The position numbers and the translations under genes are program-made. From positions 20,501 through 84,500 of the forward strand of contig CAZLFV010000002.1 in NCBI GenBank assembly GCA_964558915.1: DNA of 64,000 bases, written 5' to 3'. The notes under the pieces are model-generated. The model was not told where the DNA came from. It saw nothing but the letters and a program-made list of their open reading frames with translations, and did no database searches. Below, piece by piece: positions 34,819 to 44,824 of this stretch (position 1 is the stretch's first letter; each line of letters starts with the position of its first letter). The stretch is from an uncultured Eubacteriales bacterium (GTDB taxonomy: Bacteria > Acidobacteriota > Aminicenantia > Aminicenantales > UBA8522).

Positions 34819-35477
34819 TTTTTCACCGTCCTGGAACCGAAAATTTTGGTCCCTATTCTCACCATATTGGCCCCTTCCTCTATGGCCACACGGTAAGAGT
34901 GGGACATGCCCATCGACAGCCAGTTCATCGAAACTCGCTCAAGACCGAGAGCCTTGATCTCACTATATATCTTCTTGGTTTCGCGAAAATACGGACGGGC
35001 CTCCTCCGGGTTGCCCGACGCCGGTCCCATGGTCATCAAACCCTCCACGCTGATATGCCGAAACCGACTCAGTTCCCGGATCAGACTCGCCACATTTTCA
35101 GGCAGCAGGCCGAATTTTTGCAGCTCCCGGCCGCTATTAACCTCGACGAGGATGGGCATGGATTTTCCCCGCTCGGCGCAGCGTTTATCGATTTCTTTGG
35201 CCGTCTCGAGCGAGTCCACAGTTTCGACCAGGTCGAAAATCTCCACAGCTCTTTTGACCTTGTTTTTCTGGAGATGGCCGATAAAATGCCATTGGGCCCG
35301 CCGGCCGATAATGGCAAAGGCCGCCTGGGCTTCCTGGATATAGTTCTCGCCGATGATCTTCACTCCGGCTGCGACGGCCTCCAGGATTTCTTCGGGAGTG
35401 CGGGATTTAGCCGCCGCCACAAGCGCGACATGTTCGGGAAGCTCGGCGAGCAGATTCCGGACGTTTTCTTGGATCAT
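34815..35477 (-). CDS. yggS: YggS-family PLP homeostasis protein
   Basis: LVAAAKSRTPEEI, GENYIQEA, WHFIGHLQKNKVK. 4-nt overlap with the downstream epimerase gene. Confidence 0.85.
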   Translation of the reverse strand: MIQENVRNLLAELPEHVALVAAAKSRTPEEILEAVAAGVKIIGENYIQEAQAAFAIIGRRAQWHFIGHLQKNKVKRAVEIFDLVETVDSLETAKEIDKRCAERGKSMPILVEVNSGRELQKFGLLPENVASLIRELSRFRHISVEGLMTMGPASGNPEEARPYFRETKKIYSEIKALGLERVSMNWLSMGMSHSYRVAIEEGANMVRIGTKIFGSRTVKK

Positions 35478-35490
35478 GCGCTAATCTATA

Positions 35491-35703
35491 TTAATCATAG
35501 TGATTTCTATATATCTTCCAGGCGACAATCATTAATATGCCTATGATGATGCCTATAATACATCTCTTCCGAATCGTCCAGGCCAACGCCGGGTCTTTGG
35601 CAAAAAACGAAACGGCAATACCGAGAAGCGCAGTAAAAAAGATTATAACGATGCCGCATCCCAACGCAGCTTTGACGGAGCCCAGAGGCGAATCTTTAAT
35701 CAT
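35491..35703 (-). CDS. Small two-TM membrane protein (hypothetical)
   Basis: 70 aa with two hydrophobic helices. No other support. Confidence 0.35.
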   Translation of the reverse strand: MIKDSPLGSVKAALGCGIVIIFFTALLGIAVSFFAKDPALAWTIRKRCIIGIIIGILMIVAWKIYRNHYD

Positions 35704-35774
35704 ATTCAGCCCGGCGCTCTTTTTTTATCTGAATCATACTTAAGGTGGAGAGGAGTGTCAAATCGGAAGCTGCC

Positions 35775-36063
35775 CCATTTCCGTGATACTGAGGCGGTGG
35801 TCTAAAGAGGGTGATGCCGCGTTAAGCCGGGGGATGAGGCGAGGGAGAATGTGGTGAGAAGTCCGTATGAGCGACGAGCGGGCGTCGCGAGGCATCGAAG
35901 ATGCCGTGGCGATCTCAGTTTAAGATTGCTTCGCTGTCGCTCGCAATGACAATTCTCCTCGCTGGGGAAATCGCAGCGTGACTTCGAGCCACATCTCCCG
36001 AGCCTCGTCGGGGAGTAAGCCGCGGCAGGCCCCTATTCCAGAACAAAATGCTTACGGAAACGG
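35775..36063. repeat. MITE-like structured interspersed repeat, copy B (compact form with imperfect terminal inverted repeats)
   Basis: The core matches copy A (see 16219-16584). Left arm CCATTTCCGT (from 35775) and right arm ACGGAAACGG (ending 36063) are inverted. No ORF of credible length lies inside. Confidence 0.75.
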
Positions 36064-36095
36064 AGCTGTGTGTTATAATGTTTTCCCGCCGCGCC

Positions 36096-37124
36096 ATGAC
36101 CATACGCGAGAAGCTCGAAGAAATCGAACAAGCGACTCTTTCTCCCAAGGCCATGCTCAGCGCCAACTCCAGGGGGAGAGCCCGGCCCGAGAATCCGCAC
36201 AGTCTGAGGACAGCCTTCCAAAGAGACCGCGACAGGATCATCCACTCCAAATCTTTCCGCAGGTTAAAGCACAAGACGCAGGTATTTCTGGCTCCATTTG
36301 GAGACCACTTCCGAACGCGATTGACCCATACCCTGGAGGTCTCCCAGATTGCGCGGACGATCGCCAAGGCCTTGCGCCTCAACGAGGACTTGACCGAGGC
36401 AATCGCTCTGGGGCACGACCTGGGTCACACGCCGTTCGGACACGCTGGCGAGGAAACCCTGGACACGCTTCTTCCGGACGGATTCAGCCACTATGAACAG
36501 AGCCTCCGCGTTGTGGAAAAATTGGAATACGAAGGCAAGGGTTTGAACCTGACTTACGAAGTGAGAGAGGGTATCGAGAAGCATTCCAAGGGTCGAGGAC
36601 AGATCCTGGAAGATAATTTCACAGACATGCCCAAGACCTTAGAAGGGCAGGTGGTGAGGGTATCCGATATTATCGCCTATGTCAATCATGATATCGATGA
36701 CGCCCTCCGCGCCGGGGTCATCAAAGAGGACGATATTCCTCCTCACTTGGTGAAAGCTTTGGGGAAATGGCCGGCCGGACGCATTGACCGTATGGTTGAA
36801 GATTGCGTCATGGCCAGTCTGAGCGCCGACTTGGAGAGGATCGCGTTGAGCGACAAAGTTTTGGCTGCCGTCGTCGAGTTGAGGGAATTTCTCTACAGGA
36901 ACGTTTATTGCAGTCCTCGTGCCGCCGAGGAGATTGACAAGGCCAAAAAGATTCTCTCTGACCTTTATGACTATGTGCTCCGCAACCCCGATCCGTTCGT
37001 CAAGCCTTATCCCAGGGGCGATCCGCTGGAGAGGAGAACGGCAGATTTCCTCGCCGGAATGACTGACCTCTATGCCCTAGCGCTCTACGAGAAACTTTTT
37101 TTTCCACGAACCTGGTCCTCCTGA
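36096..37124 (+). CDS. dGTP triphosphohydrolase-like HD-domain protein
   Basis: [52 protein letters not shown]. Start moved to MTIREK, because the ORF-track start at 36048 lies inside the repeat arm. Confidence 0.85.
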   Translation: MTIREKLEEIEQATLSPKAMLSANSRGRARPENPHSLRTAFQRDRDRIIHSKSFRRLKHKTQVFLAPFGDHFRTRLTHTLEVSQIARTIAKALRLNEDLTEAIALGHDLGHTPFGHAGEETLDTLLPDGFSHYEQSLRVVEKLEYEGKGLNLTYEVREGIEKHSKGRGQILEDNFTDMPKTLEGQVVRVSDIIAYVNHDIDDALRAGVIKEDDIPPHLVKALGKWPAGRIDRMVEDCVMASLSADLERIALSDKVLAAVVELREFLYRNVYCSPRAAEEIDKAKKILSDLYDYVLRNPDPFVKPYPRGDPLERRTADFLAGMTDLYALALYEKLFFPRTWSS

Positions 37125-37170
37125 TTTTCAGGCAGATAAATTTAAGATGTCCATCTCGGGGGAGTAAACG

Positions 37171-40100
37171 ATGAAGAACAGACATTGCCTTTTTACATTG
37201 CCCTTGGTCGGGATGCTCATTTTTCTTTTATTTCAGCCTGCGCCTTCGCTCCCCCCGGATGACCGTGTCAAAGTTTGGAAAGAGCCGTTGGTCATCCCCA
37301 CCTATCCTATCGGTGCGCCGGAGAAGAATCCCATTTTCTATTTCGGGAGGGCTTATCAGGGCGCCCGGGGCCCCGTCTATCCTTATCCCTTTCTGGATGT
37401 TCTTACGGATCACCGTGTGGACAAGACCTATGCCGCCCTTTTTCTGGAAAATGAATTCATCCGGGTTTGTGTCCTTCCCGAGATCGGCGGCCGGATCTTT
37501 GAGGCGGTCGACAAGACGAACGGTTATCATTTCTTCTACCGTCAGCATGTGATCAAGCCCGCGCTGATTGGCCTGCTTGGGGCCTGGATTTCAGGCGGCG
37601 TCGAATGGAACATCCCTCACCATCATAGGGCGACGTCGTTCATGCCCGTAGATTGGTCGGTCTCCGAAAACCCTGACGGGAGCAAAACGATCTGGGTGGG
37701 AGAGACGGAGCTCCGCCACAGGATGAAGTGGGTCGTTGGGCTCACCCTCCGGCCCGGCTGTTCTAGGCTTGAAGTCAGGTTGAGGATTTTCAACCGTACG
37801 CCCTTGGCCCATTCGATTCTGTGTTGGGTCAATGCCGCTGTTCAGGCCAATGAAAATTACCAGGTCATTTTTCCGCCTGGCACCACGTTGGCAACTTTCC
37901 ACGGCAAGAATCAATTTTCCCGCTGGCCGATCTCCCGCGATGTTTATAATCGCGTGGATTATACCAGGGGCGTCGATGTGAGCTGGTGGAAGAACAATCC
38001 TTCCCCGACTTCTTTTTTCGCCTGGGAATCGGAAGAGGACTTTTTAGCTGGCTATGACCACGGCCGGAAAGCGGGAGTGGTCTTTTTTGCCGACCATCGC
38101 CTTGTCCCAGGAAAGAAATTCTGGACCTGGGGGACGGGGAGTGAGGGCAAGAGGTGGGAGAAAATCCTGACGGACACAGACGGTCCTTACCTTGAGCTCA
38201 TGTTCGGGTCGTTTTCGGACAACCAGCCCGACTACAGCTGGTGCGAACCGTATGAGGCGAAAATCGTGACTCAGTGTTGGTTTCCCATCCGCAACCTTGG
38301 CGGTGTTAAAAATGCTAACGCCGATGCGGCCCTAAATCTGGAATTGAAGACAGACCGAAGGGCTCTTGTCGGCCTCCACACAACGTCGCGGCATCAAGGG
38401 GCTAAGGTTGTGTTGACAGCCCAGGGAAAGGTCGTTTTCGAAGACACGATCGGGATCGGACCGGACAATCCCTTTACTGCTGAAATTCCGGTTGCTGAGG
38501 GCACGCCAGAAGAATCACTCCATCTTTCTCTCATGACCGCGGATGGAAAAGAGATCATCAGCCACAATCCTCAACATAGGGAAGCGACTCCTCTTCCTGA
38601 GCCTGTTGTCCCTCCGCCGCCCCCGCCGGAGATCAGGACGAACGAAGAGCTTTATCTTGCCGGGCTGCGCCTCGAACAATTTCACAACCCGGCTATTGAG
38701 CCTGATCCTTATTATGAAGAGGCGCTGAAAAGGGACCCCGATGATGTCCAGGCCAACATAGCTCTGGGGAGGTTCTATTTGGTAAGGGCATTATTTGGGG
38801 AGGCAGACGCTCATCTCAGGCGGGCTGTTGCCAGGCTGACGAAGAACTACACCCGGCCAAAAAACGGCGAAGCCTTTTACTATCTTGGTTTGGCCTTGCG
38901 GTTTCAGGGAAAAGAGCAAGAGGCTTTCGACTCCTTCGGCAGGGCTTCTTGGAGCGAGGCGTGGTCGGCCGCCTCAGACTTACAAATGGCTGAGATCGCT
39001 TCAGCTCAGGGTAACTTTTCTGGCGCTCTCGAGTTTGTCGGACGGTCCCTTGCGGCGAACCGATGGAACGCCAAGGCCCTTGCTCTCGAGGCAACGCTCC
39101 TGAGGGAGGCGGGTTGCCTTGATGAGGCGGAAAAGCGAACCCGCGAGATTCTGGCGCTTGACCCCTTGGATTTCTGGGCCTTAAACGAGCTTTGTCTTGT
39201 CTATTCGGCCCGGGGACTTAAAACCGAAGCTCAAAAGGCCCTGGCTGATCTTAAAATGAAAATGCGAGATTCCGTCCAGAGTTATCTCGAGCTCGCCCTT
39301 GATTACGGAAGCTCTGGGTTTTGGGATGACGCCGTGGCGGTGCTTTTGCGTCTTGCGGGTTCAGAGAATCGGCAGGCCTCTTTGAACCCGATGATCCATT
39401 ATTACCTGGGATATTTTGCCGGCAGAAAAGGCGATAAACAGAAGGCCAGGCAATTCTGCCTCGAAGCGAGCCAAATGCCAGCGGACTATGTTTTTCCGTT
39501 TCGGCTCGAATCTATCGAAGTGCTTGAATGGGCCCAAAAAGAGAACCCTCAGGATGCGCGCGCTCCCTATTACCTCGGTAACCTTTTCTTTGATTTGCAG
39601 CCGGCGAGAGCTATCAAGGAGTGGGAGAGGTCCACGACTCTCGACGGGAATTTCGCCTTGCTCCACAGAAATCTCGGGCTCGCTTATGCTAAGGTCAATA
39701 ATGATTTCCCGGCTGCTGTCGCATGCTTGGAGAAGGCCCTGGCTTGTGACCCGAATAACCCCCGGCTTTATTTTGAATGCGACCAGCTCGCTGAGTTGGC
39801 CAACTTCCCCCCGCAGGAAAGGCTGGCCAGACTCAGAGACAACCACTCTGTGGTAGCCCAGCGCGATGATTCCCTAATGCGTGAGATTTCTCTTCTTGTA
39901 GACCTTGGTCACTATGACCAGGCCATTGAAATCCTGAAGACTCACCATTTCCATGCTTGGGAAGGAGGAGGAGATATTTCCAATATCTATGAGGAAGCTC
40001 ATCTTCTTAGAGGCCAGGGATACTTGGCCCAAAAAAAATACGGCCACGCCCTCAGAGATTTTAGTGCAGCCCTAGAATACCCTGATAACCTAGAAGTGGC

Positions 40101-40539
40101 CCGGCCGGCGACGGGCGGTGGGTCTCCGAAAATATACTATTTTATCGGGCGAGCCTACGAATCTTCCGGCAAATCGCATGAAGCCGCCGCCGCTTATCAG
40201 CGGTCTGCGGGTTCAGGCCAAGACTTTTCTGAGTCCTCGTACTATCAAGGCTTGTCTTGGCGAAAACTCGGTGAGGCGGAGAAGGCTAGACAAGCGTTTG
40301 AGGATCTGATTCGGTTTGCCCGAGAAAGCTTAGAGAAGCGGCAGACCATGGACTATTTCGCCAAGTTCGGGATGAGGGAATCGGCCCTGAGACGAGAGGC
40401 GTATTACCATTATCTTTTGGGTTTGGGATTCCGCGGGATGGGGCGTCAAGGAGAAGCAGCCGCGGAATTCCAGAAAGCTATCGGCCTCCAGCCCTATTAT
40501 TTTCCTGCTCACAGACAGCTTGCCGCGTTCGGTCAATAA
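37171..40539 (+). CDS. Large secreted DUF5107-like plus TPR-repeat protein
   Basis: Signal peptide. The N-terminal ~400 aa (VIPTYPIGAPEKNPIF, GGVEWNIPHHHR) resemble DUF5107 as I remember it. The C-terminal ~600 aa are TPR-like repeats. Confidence 0.6.
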   Translation: MKNRHCLFTLPLVGMLIFLLFQPAPSLPPDDRVKVWKEPLVIPTYPIGAPEKNPIFYFGRAYQGARGPVYPYPFLDVLTDHRVDKTYAALFLENEFIRVCVLPEIGGRIFEAVDKTNGYHFFYRQHVIKPALIGLLGAWISGGVEWNIPHHHRATSFMPVDWSVSENPDGSKTIWVGETELRHRMKWVVGLTLRPGCSRLEVRLRIFNRTPLAHSILCWVNAAVQANENYQVIFPPGTTLATFHGKNQFSRWPISRDVYNRVDYTRGVDVSWWKNNPSPTSFFAWESEEDFLAGYDHGRKAGVVFFADHRLVPGKKFWTWGTGSEGKRWEKILTDTDGPYLELMFGSFSDNQPDYSWCEPYEAKIVTQCWFPIRNLGGVKNANADAALNLELKTDRRALVGLHTTSRHQGAKVVLTAQGKVVFEDTIGIGPDNPFTAEIPVAEGTPEESLHLSLMTADGKEIISHNPQHREATPLPEPVVPPPPPPEIRTNEELYLAGLRLEQFHNPAIEPDPYYEEALKRDPDDVQANIALGRFYLVRALFGEADAHLRRAVARLTKNYTRPKNGEAFYYLGLALRFQGKEQEAFDSFGRASWSEAWSAASDLQMAEIASAQGNFSGALEFVGRSLAANRWNAKALALEATLLREAGCLDEAEKRTREILALDPLDFWALNELCLVYSARGLKTEAQKALADLKMKMRDSVQSYLELALDYGSSGFWDDAVAVLLRLAGSENRQASLNPMIHYYLGYFAGRKGDKQKARQFCLEASQMPADYVFPFRLESIEVLEWAQKENPQDARAPYYLGNLFFDLQPARAIKEWERSTTLDGNFALLHRNLGLAYAKVNNDFPAAVACLEKALACDPNNPRLYFECDQLAELANFPPQERLARLRDNHSVVAQRDDSLMREISLLVDLGHYDQAIEILKTHHFHAWEGGGDISNIYEEAHLLRGQGYLAQKKYGHALRDFSAALEYPDNLEVARPATGGGSPKIYYFIGRAYESSGKSHEAAAAYQRSAGSGQDFSESSYYQGLSWRKLGEAEKARQAFEDLIRFARESLEKRQTMDYFAKFGMRESALRREAYYHYLLGLGFRGMGRQGEAAAEFQKAIGLQPYYFPAHRQLAAFGQ

Positions 40540-40555
40540 CCCCCCAAAAAGATTA

Positions 40556-40584
40556 TTGTTGAGAGGCGCTGAAGATATTATAAT
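40556..40584 (+). promoter_or_regulatory. Candidate promoter for tkt
   Basis: TTGTTG (40556-40561), a 17-nt spacer, then TATAAT (40579-40584). Confidence 0.45.
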
Positions 40585-40632
40585 GATTCCTTTTTGAAAG
40601 CCCGTTCCATCTCAAAGAGGGAGCAAGACCCA

Positions 40633-42468
40633 ATGAATAAAAGAAGAGTATTAGAAAAAATCGCCACGAGATTGCGCCTTCATTCTCTTCAAATGACAAC
40701 TGCAGCTGGCTCCGGGCATCCAACCACATGCCTGTCCATGGCCGATCTTGCCGCCTGCTTATTTTTTAGCGAGATGAGATATAACATCCGTGATCCCCAT
40801 GATTGGGGTAATGATGAGTTCGTGCTTTCTAAAGGCCATGCTGCGCCTATTCTCTGGGCCGCTTATGCAGAGGCCGGCATCCTCCCTCTCGAAGACCTGA
40901 TGAGCCTGCGGAGGATAACCTCTGACCTTGAAGGCCATCCGACGCCGCGAATGCCCTGGGTCAAAGCGGCCACAGGGTCTTTAGGGCAGGGCTTATCTGT
41001 CGGCGTCGGCATTGCCCTTGCGCAGAAGATCGGAAAATCACCCGGCCGGACATTCGTCATGATGGGCGACGGCGAGTGCGCGGAGGGGGGAGTCTGGGAA
41101 GCGGCGAACGCAGCCGTCCTTTTCGGGCTCAACAACCTGGTTGCCGTTGCGGATATCAACAGGCTGGGGCAATCTGAAGCGACCATGCACGGCCATGACC
41201 TAAGGGCCTATGAGCGCAAATTCAAGGCGTTTGGGTGGGAAGTCTTTAAGGTGGACGGCCACGATATCAGAGCCATCCTCGAAGCCTTTAAGAAAGTGCG
41301 GAAGGCCAAGGGCCCGGCGGTCGTCCTAGCCAGAACAATCAAGGGCAAGGGGGTCTCATTTGTCGAGGACCAGAACGGCTGGCACGGCAAGCCGTTGAAA
41401 GAGGAGGAATTGCGACGCGCTCTCCAAGAGATCGGCCCGATGCCGGAGATTGATTCGCGGAAGTATGTCCGCAAGCCCCGGACGGCAAAGCGGCCGCTCT
41501 GGAAGAAGGGGGTCGCCTTCAACAGAACTCAATACACCGACAAGACAGCCACACGCCTAGCGTACGGGATAGCTCTCCAGAGGATCGGCGAAGTCAATGA
41601 TTGGGTCGTGGCTCTGGACGGGGATGTGAAGAACTCGACCTACGCAGAGAAATTCTTTGAGGCCTTTCAGAAACGGTCGTTCCAATCGTATATTGCCGAA
41701 CAAAATATGGTCGGAATGGGTATCGGACTCTCGGCCAAGGGATTCATCCCTTTTATCGCCACATTTGCTGCCTTCCTCAGCCGGGCGCATGACCAGATCC
41801 GGATGTCGGGGTATTCTTTCTCCAACATCAAATTCTGCGGATCGCATGTCGGCGTGAGCATCGGAGAAGACGGCCCTTCCCAGATGGGGCTTGAAGATAT
41901 GGCCATTTTCAAACCCATTCCCGGGTGCGTTGTCCTCTATCCTTGCGACGCGTTTTCGACGGAAGGATGTCTGGAGTCCATGCTTTGCCAAGAAGGCCTG
42001 GCCTACTTGCGGACAACACGGCCAGCCACTCCGCTTCTGTATTCTCGGGAGGAGAGCTTTCCCATCGGCGGGTCCAAAGTCCTGCGCAAGGGGGATAAGG
42101 ACGTCGCTACGGTCATTGCCGCCGGCATCACGGTGTTCGAGGCGCTCAAGGCCCATGACGAACTGGAAAAAGAAGGCCTCGGAATCAGAGTGATTGACGC
42201 CTATTCCGTTCAACCCTTAGACACTGATACGATTCGCAAAGAAGTCGCTGAGACCGGCGGCAAGGTGATTGTTGTCGAGGACCATTTCCCGAGTGGCGGG
42301 CTCGGCGAAGCAGTTGCTCTGGCCTTGGACGGGAACGCCGAGATCGTCCATCTTTGCGTCACCAGCCTTCCTCGGTCGGGGAAACCTGCAGAGCTCATGG
42401 AGATGTACGGGATCAGCGCGTCTTATATTTTCAAAGCTGTTAGAGAGCTTATGGATATGGAGGCCTGA
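40633..42468 (+). CDS. tkt: Transketolase (single polypeptide)
   Basis: TTAAGSGHPTTCLSMADL, LSKGHAAPILWA, GSLGQGLSVGVG, MMGDGECAEGGVWEA. Start at MNKRR after AGAGGGAG. Confidence 0.9.
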   Translation: MNKRRVLEKIATRLRLHSLQMTTAAGSGHPTTCLSMADLAACLFFSEMRYNIRDPHDWGNDEFVLSKGHAAPILWAAYAEAGILPLEDLMSLRRITSDLEGHPTPRMPWVKAATGSLGQGLSVGVGIALAQKIGKSPGRTFVMMGDGECAEGGVWEAANAAVLFGLNNLVAVADINRLGQSEATMHGHDLRAYERKFKAFGWEVFKVDGHDIRAILEAFKKVRKAKGPAVVLARTIKGKGVSFVEDQNGWHGKPLKEEELRRALQEIGPMPEIDSRKYVRKPRTAKRPLWKKGVAFNRTQYTDKTATRLAYGIALQRIGEVNDWVVALDGDVKNSTYAEKFFEAFQKRSFQSYIAEQNMVGMGIGLSAKGFIPFIATFAAFLSRAHDQIRMSGYSFSNIKFCGSHVGVSIGEDGPSQMGLEDMAIFKPIPGCVVLYPCDAFSTEGCLESMLCQEGLAYLRTTRPATPLLYSREESFPIGGSKVLRKGDKDVATVIAAGITVFEALKAHDELEKEGLGIRVIDAYSVQPLDTDTIRKEVAETGGKVIVVEDHFPSGGLGEAVALALDGNAEIVHLCVTSLPRSGKPAELMEMYGISASYIFKAVRELMDMEA

Positions 42469-42480
42469 GGACATCCTTCT

Positions 42481-43269
42481 TTGAAAGGCCGGTTTTACCT
42501 CCTGCGCTTATTTTTTTGCTCTTGTCTAATCGTTAGTGCCTCTGCCCATCCCATTTCCGGAAGGCCCAGCCAACATGACACGGGTACCGTAATCGCGGTC
42601 TATGACGGAGACACAGTCGAGGTTCAATTTTTTGAGGGGTCTTCGAAACGGATCAGGCTACTGGGCGTAGACACGCTCGAGATTGATGACCCGAGAGAAG
42701 AGGTGGCTTTTTGGGCTCTGCTGGCCAGGAGGTTCTCTTTTTTTCATCTTTATCGCAAGAACGTCCGGTTGACTTATGACCAGATCCGGGTGGACAAGTA
42801 TGGGAGAATCCTGGCTTATGTTTGGACGGACCAGGACAAGCTTTTCAATGACTTCATCATCAGAGAAGGCTTTGCTTACGCGTTCCTGAGCTTTCCCTTT
42901 CGGAGCGATATTCAACGCCTTTTTCGGGAAGCCCAGCAGGAGGCCCGCAAGAAGAAGAAGGGCCTCTGGCGGAAAGAAGAGCCGGAAACAATCTCCGATG
43001 CAATAGCGCGCCTGCGCCTGGGAGAATACCTATCGGTGCGGTTCAAATGCTCTTCTTTAAAAGAAGGGCGGTCGTTTATCTATCTGACCTCCGGAGCCGG
43101 GGAATTCGAAGCCGCGATTCCGCGGAGCCGGGCGGATGCTTTCCCCTCAATCAGGAACTCAATCGGCCGTGTTCTTATAGTCTCAGGTTTCCTCGAGGAC
43201 TATCGGGGCAGGCCTCAAATCGTTGTTTTTTTCCCACGCCAACTCCGCCCCGCAACTGGCCAGGAATGA
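42481..43269 (+). CDS. Secreted thermonuclease (SNase-like) with C-terminal extension
   Basis: VYDGDTVEV, IRLLGVDTLE, VDKYGRILAYVW, EAQQEARKKKKGLW. Apparent TTG start. N-terminal hydrophobic leader. Confidence 0.75.
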   Translation: MKGRFYLLRLFFCSCLIVSASAHPISGRPSQHDTGTVIAVYDGDTVEVQFFEGSSKRIRLLGVDTLEIDDPREEVAFWALLARRFSFFHLYRKNVRLTYDQIRVDKYGRILAYVWTDQDKLFNDFIIREGFAYAFLSFPFRSDIQRLFREAQQEARKKKKGLWRKEEPETISDAIARLRLGEYLSVRFKCSSLKEGRSFIYLTSGAGEFEAAIPRSRADAFPSIRNSIGRVLIVSGFLEDYRGRPQIVVFFPRQLRPATGQE

Positions 43270-43314
43270 GTTTGACATAAAGATGGCGTTGGATTATAGG
43301 TTTTCTGAGGAAAC

Positions 43315-44733
43315 ATGTACAAGAAAGTCGACCAAAGAATCCGCTGGCGGCTTGAAGAGCTTGTCGGTCCAGAAAACTTAGTTTGCGATCCCGAGAAGAT
43401 GGCCGACTACAGCCACGATGAATTTTCTCTCCATGATATCAGAAGAACCCCGGAGGCCGTGGTCAAGCCTCAAAGAACCGAAGAGGTCGCTGCTGTGCTC
43501 AAGCTCGCCGATGAGGAAGGAATTCCAATCACACCCCGGGGCGGGGCCACGGGCCTCTGCGGCGGGTGCGTTCCTGTATTTGGAGGCATCGTTTTGTCGT
43601 TAGAAAGAATGAACCGACTGGTTGAGATCGACCACGAGAACCAGATGGCAGTGGTTGAGCCCGGTCTGACCTTGAGGGAGTTTGCTCAAGCTGTGGAGGA
43701 GGCCGGCCTTTCTTTTCCTCCTCATCCGGGAGAGGAGAGCGCGATGATGGGAGGGCTCATCGCCACGAACGCTGGCGGAAGCCGTGCCGTTAAGTACGGC
43801 GTCATCCGGAACTACGTCAGAGGGCTTGAGGTCGTTCTTCCCCGGGGACAAGTCATCCGGCTGGGTGGAAAACTCATGAAGAGCAGCACGGGCTACAGCC
43901 TTCTTCATCTTATGATCGGTTCGGAGGGAACCCTGGGCGTGATTACACAGGCCATTATCCAGCTTCTGCCTGCAGCTCGATTCACCCGGTCCTTAGTCAT
44001 TCCGTTTGGCGACCTAGAAAGCGCCATCGAGTCGGTCCCTCTTCTGCTGAACAGAAAAATCATGCCCATGGCTTTGGAGTTCATCGAGAAGGAAGTGATC
44101 CGCATCACCGAGGACTATCTTGACAAGCGCTGGCCCTGCGCGGTGGGCGAGACGTATCTCCTTGTTGTTCTCGACGCTTCGAGCGAGGACGAAATGGACA
44201 GGGTCTCCCAGGCCGTGGCCGAAGTCTGCCTGGAAAAGGGAGGCAGCGATGTTTTTATCGCCGACACGCCCAAGAAGCAGGAAACAGTCTTGGAAATCCG
44301 GAGCAAAATTTATGAGGCCATAAAATCCTACACCATCGAGATCTTGGACATCTCCATCCCCCGGGTGGAGATCCCGAAACATGTCCGGCGGGTCCGCGAG
44401 GTTTCAGAAAAATATGATATCTGGCTGCCCACGTTCGGGCATGCGGCCGACGGGAATGTGCACACCCATATCATGCGGGCCCGTTATTCGGCGGGAAAAA
44501 TGATTCCTCTTCCCGAAAAGGAGTGGCGGGCGAAGGTGGATAGAGTCCGAGGGGAGCTTTATGCCGACGGCAAGGCGCGGGGAGGAGTCATCTCCGGAGA
44601 GCACGGCATCGGAATCATCAAGAAGCCCTTCCTTTCTTTGACCCTGGACGAGGTTCAAGTGGAGCTGATGAAGGGTATCAAGCGACTCGTCGACCCGCAC
44701 CTTATTCTGAACCCGGGCAAAATTTTTGATTGA
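43315..44733 (+). CDS. FAD-linked oxidase (GlcD / D-lactate dehydrogenase family)
   Basis: FAD-binding PCMH region (IPITPRGGATGLCGG, VEPGLT). C-terminal SGEHGIG motif. Confidence 0.8.
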   Translation: MYKKVDQRIRWRLEELVGPENLVCDPEKMADYSHDEFSLHDIRRTPEAVVKPQRTEEVAAVLKLADEEGIPITPRGGATGLCGGCVPVFGGIVLSLERMNRLVEIDHENQMAVVEPGLTLREFAQAVEEAGLSFPPHPGEESAMMGGLIATNAGGSRAVKYGVIRNYVRGLEVVLPRGQVIRLGGKLMKSSTGYSLLHLMIGSEGTLGVITQAIIQLLPAARFTRSLVIPFGDLESAIESVPLLLNRKIMPMALEFIEKEVIRITEDYLDKRWPCAVGETYLLVVLDASSEDEMDRVSQAVAEVCLEKGGSDVFIADTPKKQETVLEIRSKIYEAIKSYTIEILDISIPRVEIPKHVRRVREVSEKYDIWLPTFGHAADGNVHTHIMRARYSAGKMIPLPEKEWRAKVDRVRGELYADGKARGGVISGEHGIGIIKKPFLSLTLDEVQVELMKGIKRLVDPHLILNPGKIFD

Positions 44734-44824
44734 GATGATGCGGGTGGACAAAGCACGTCTTTTGTGCTATTATAAATTCGCTTTTCATGACAACAAAAAG
44801 GGGCTGAGCATTTTTTAGGGCCGT

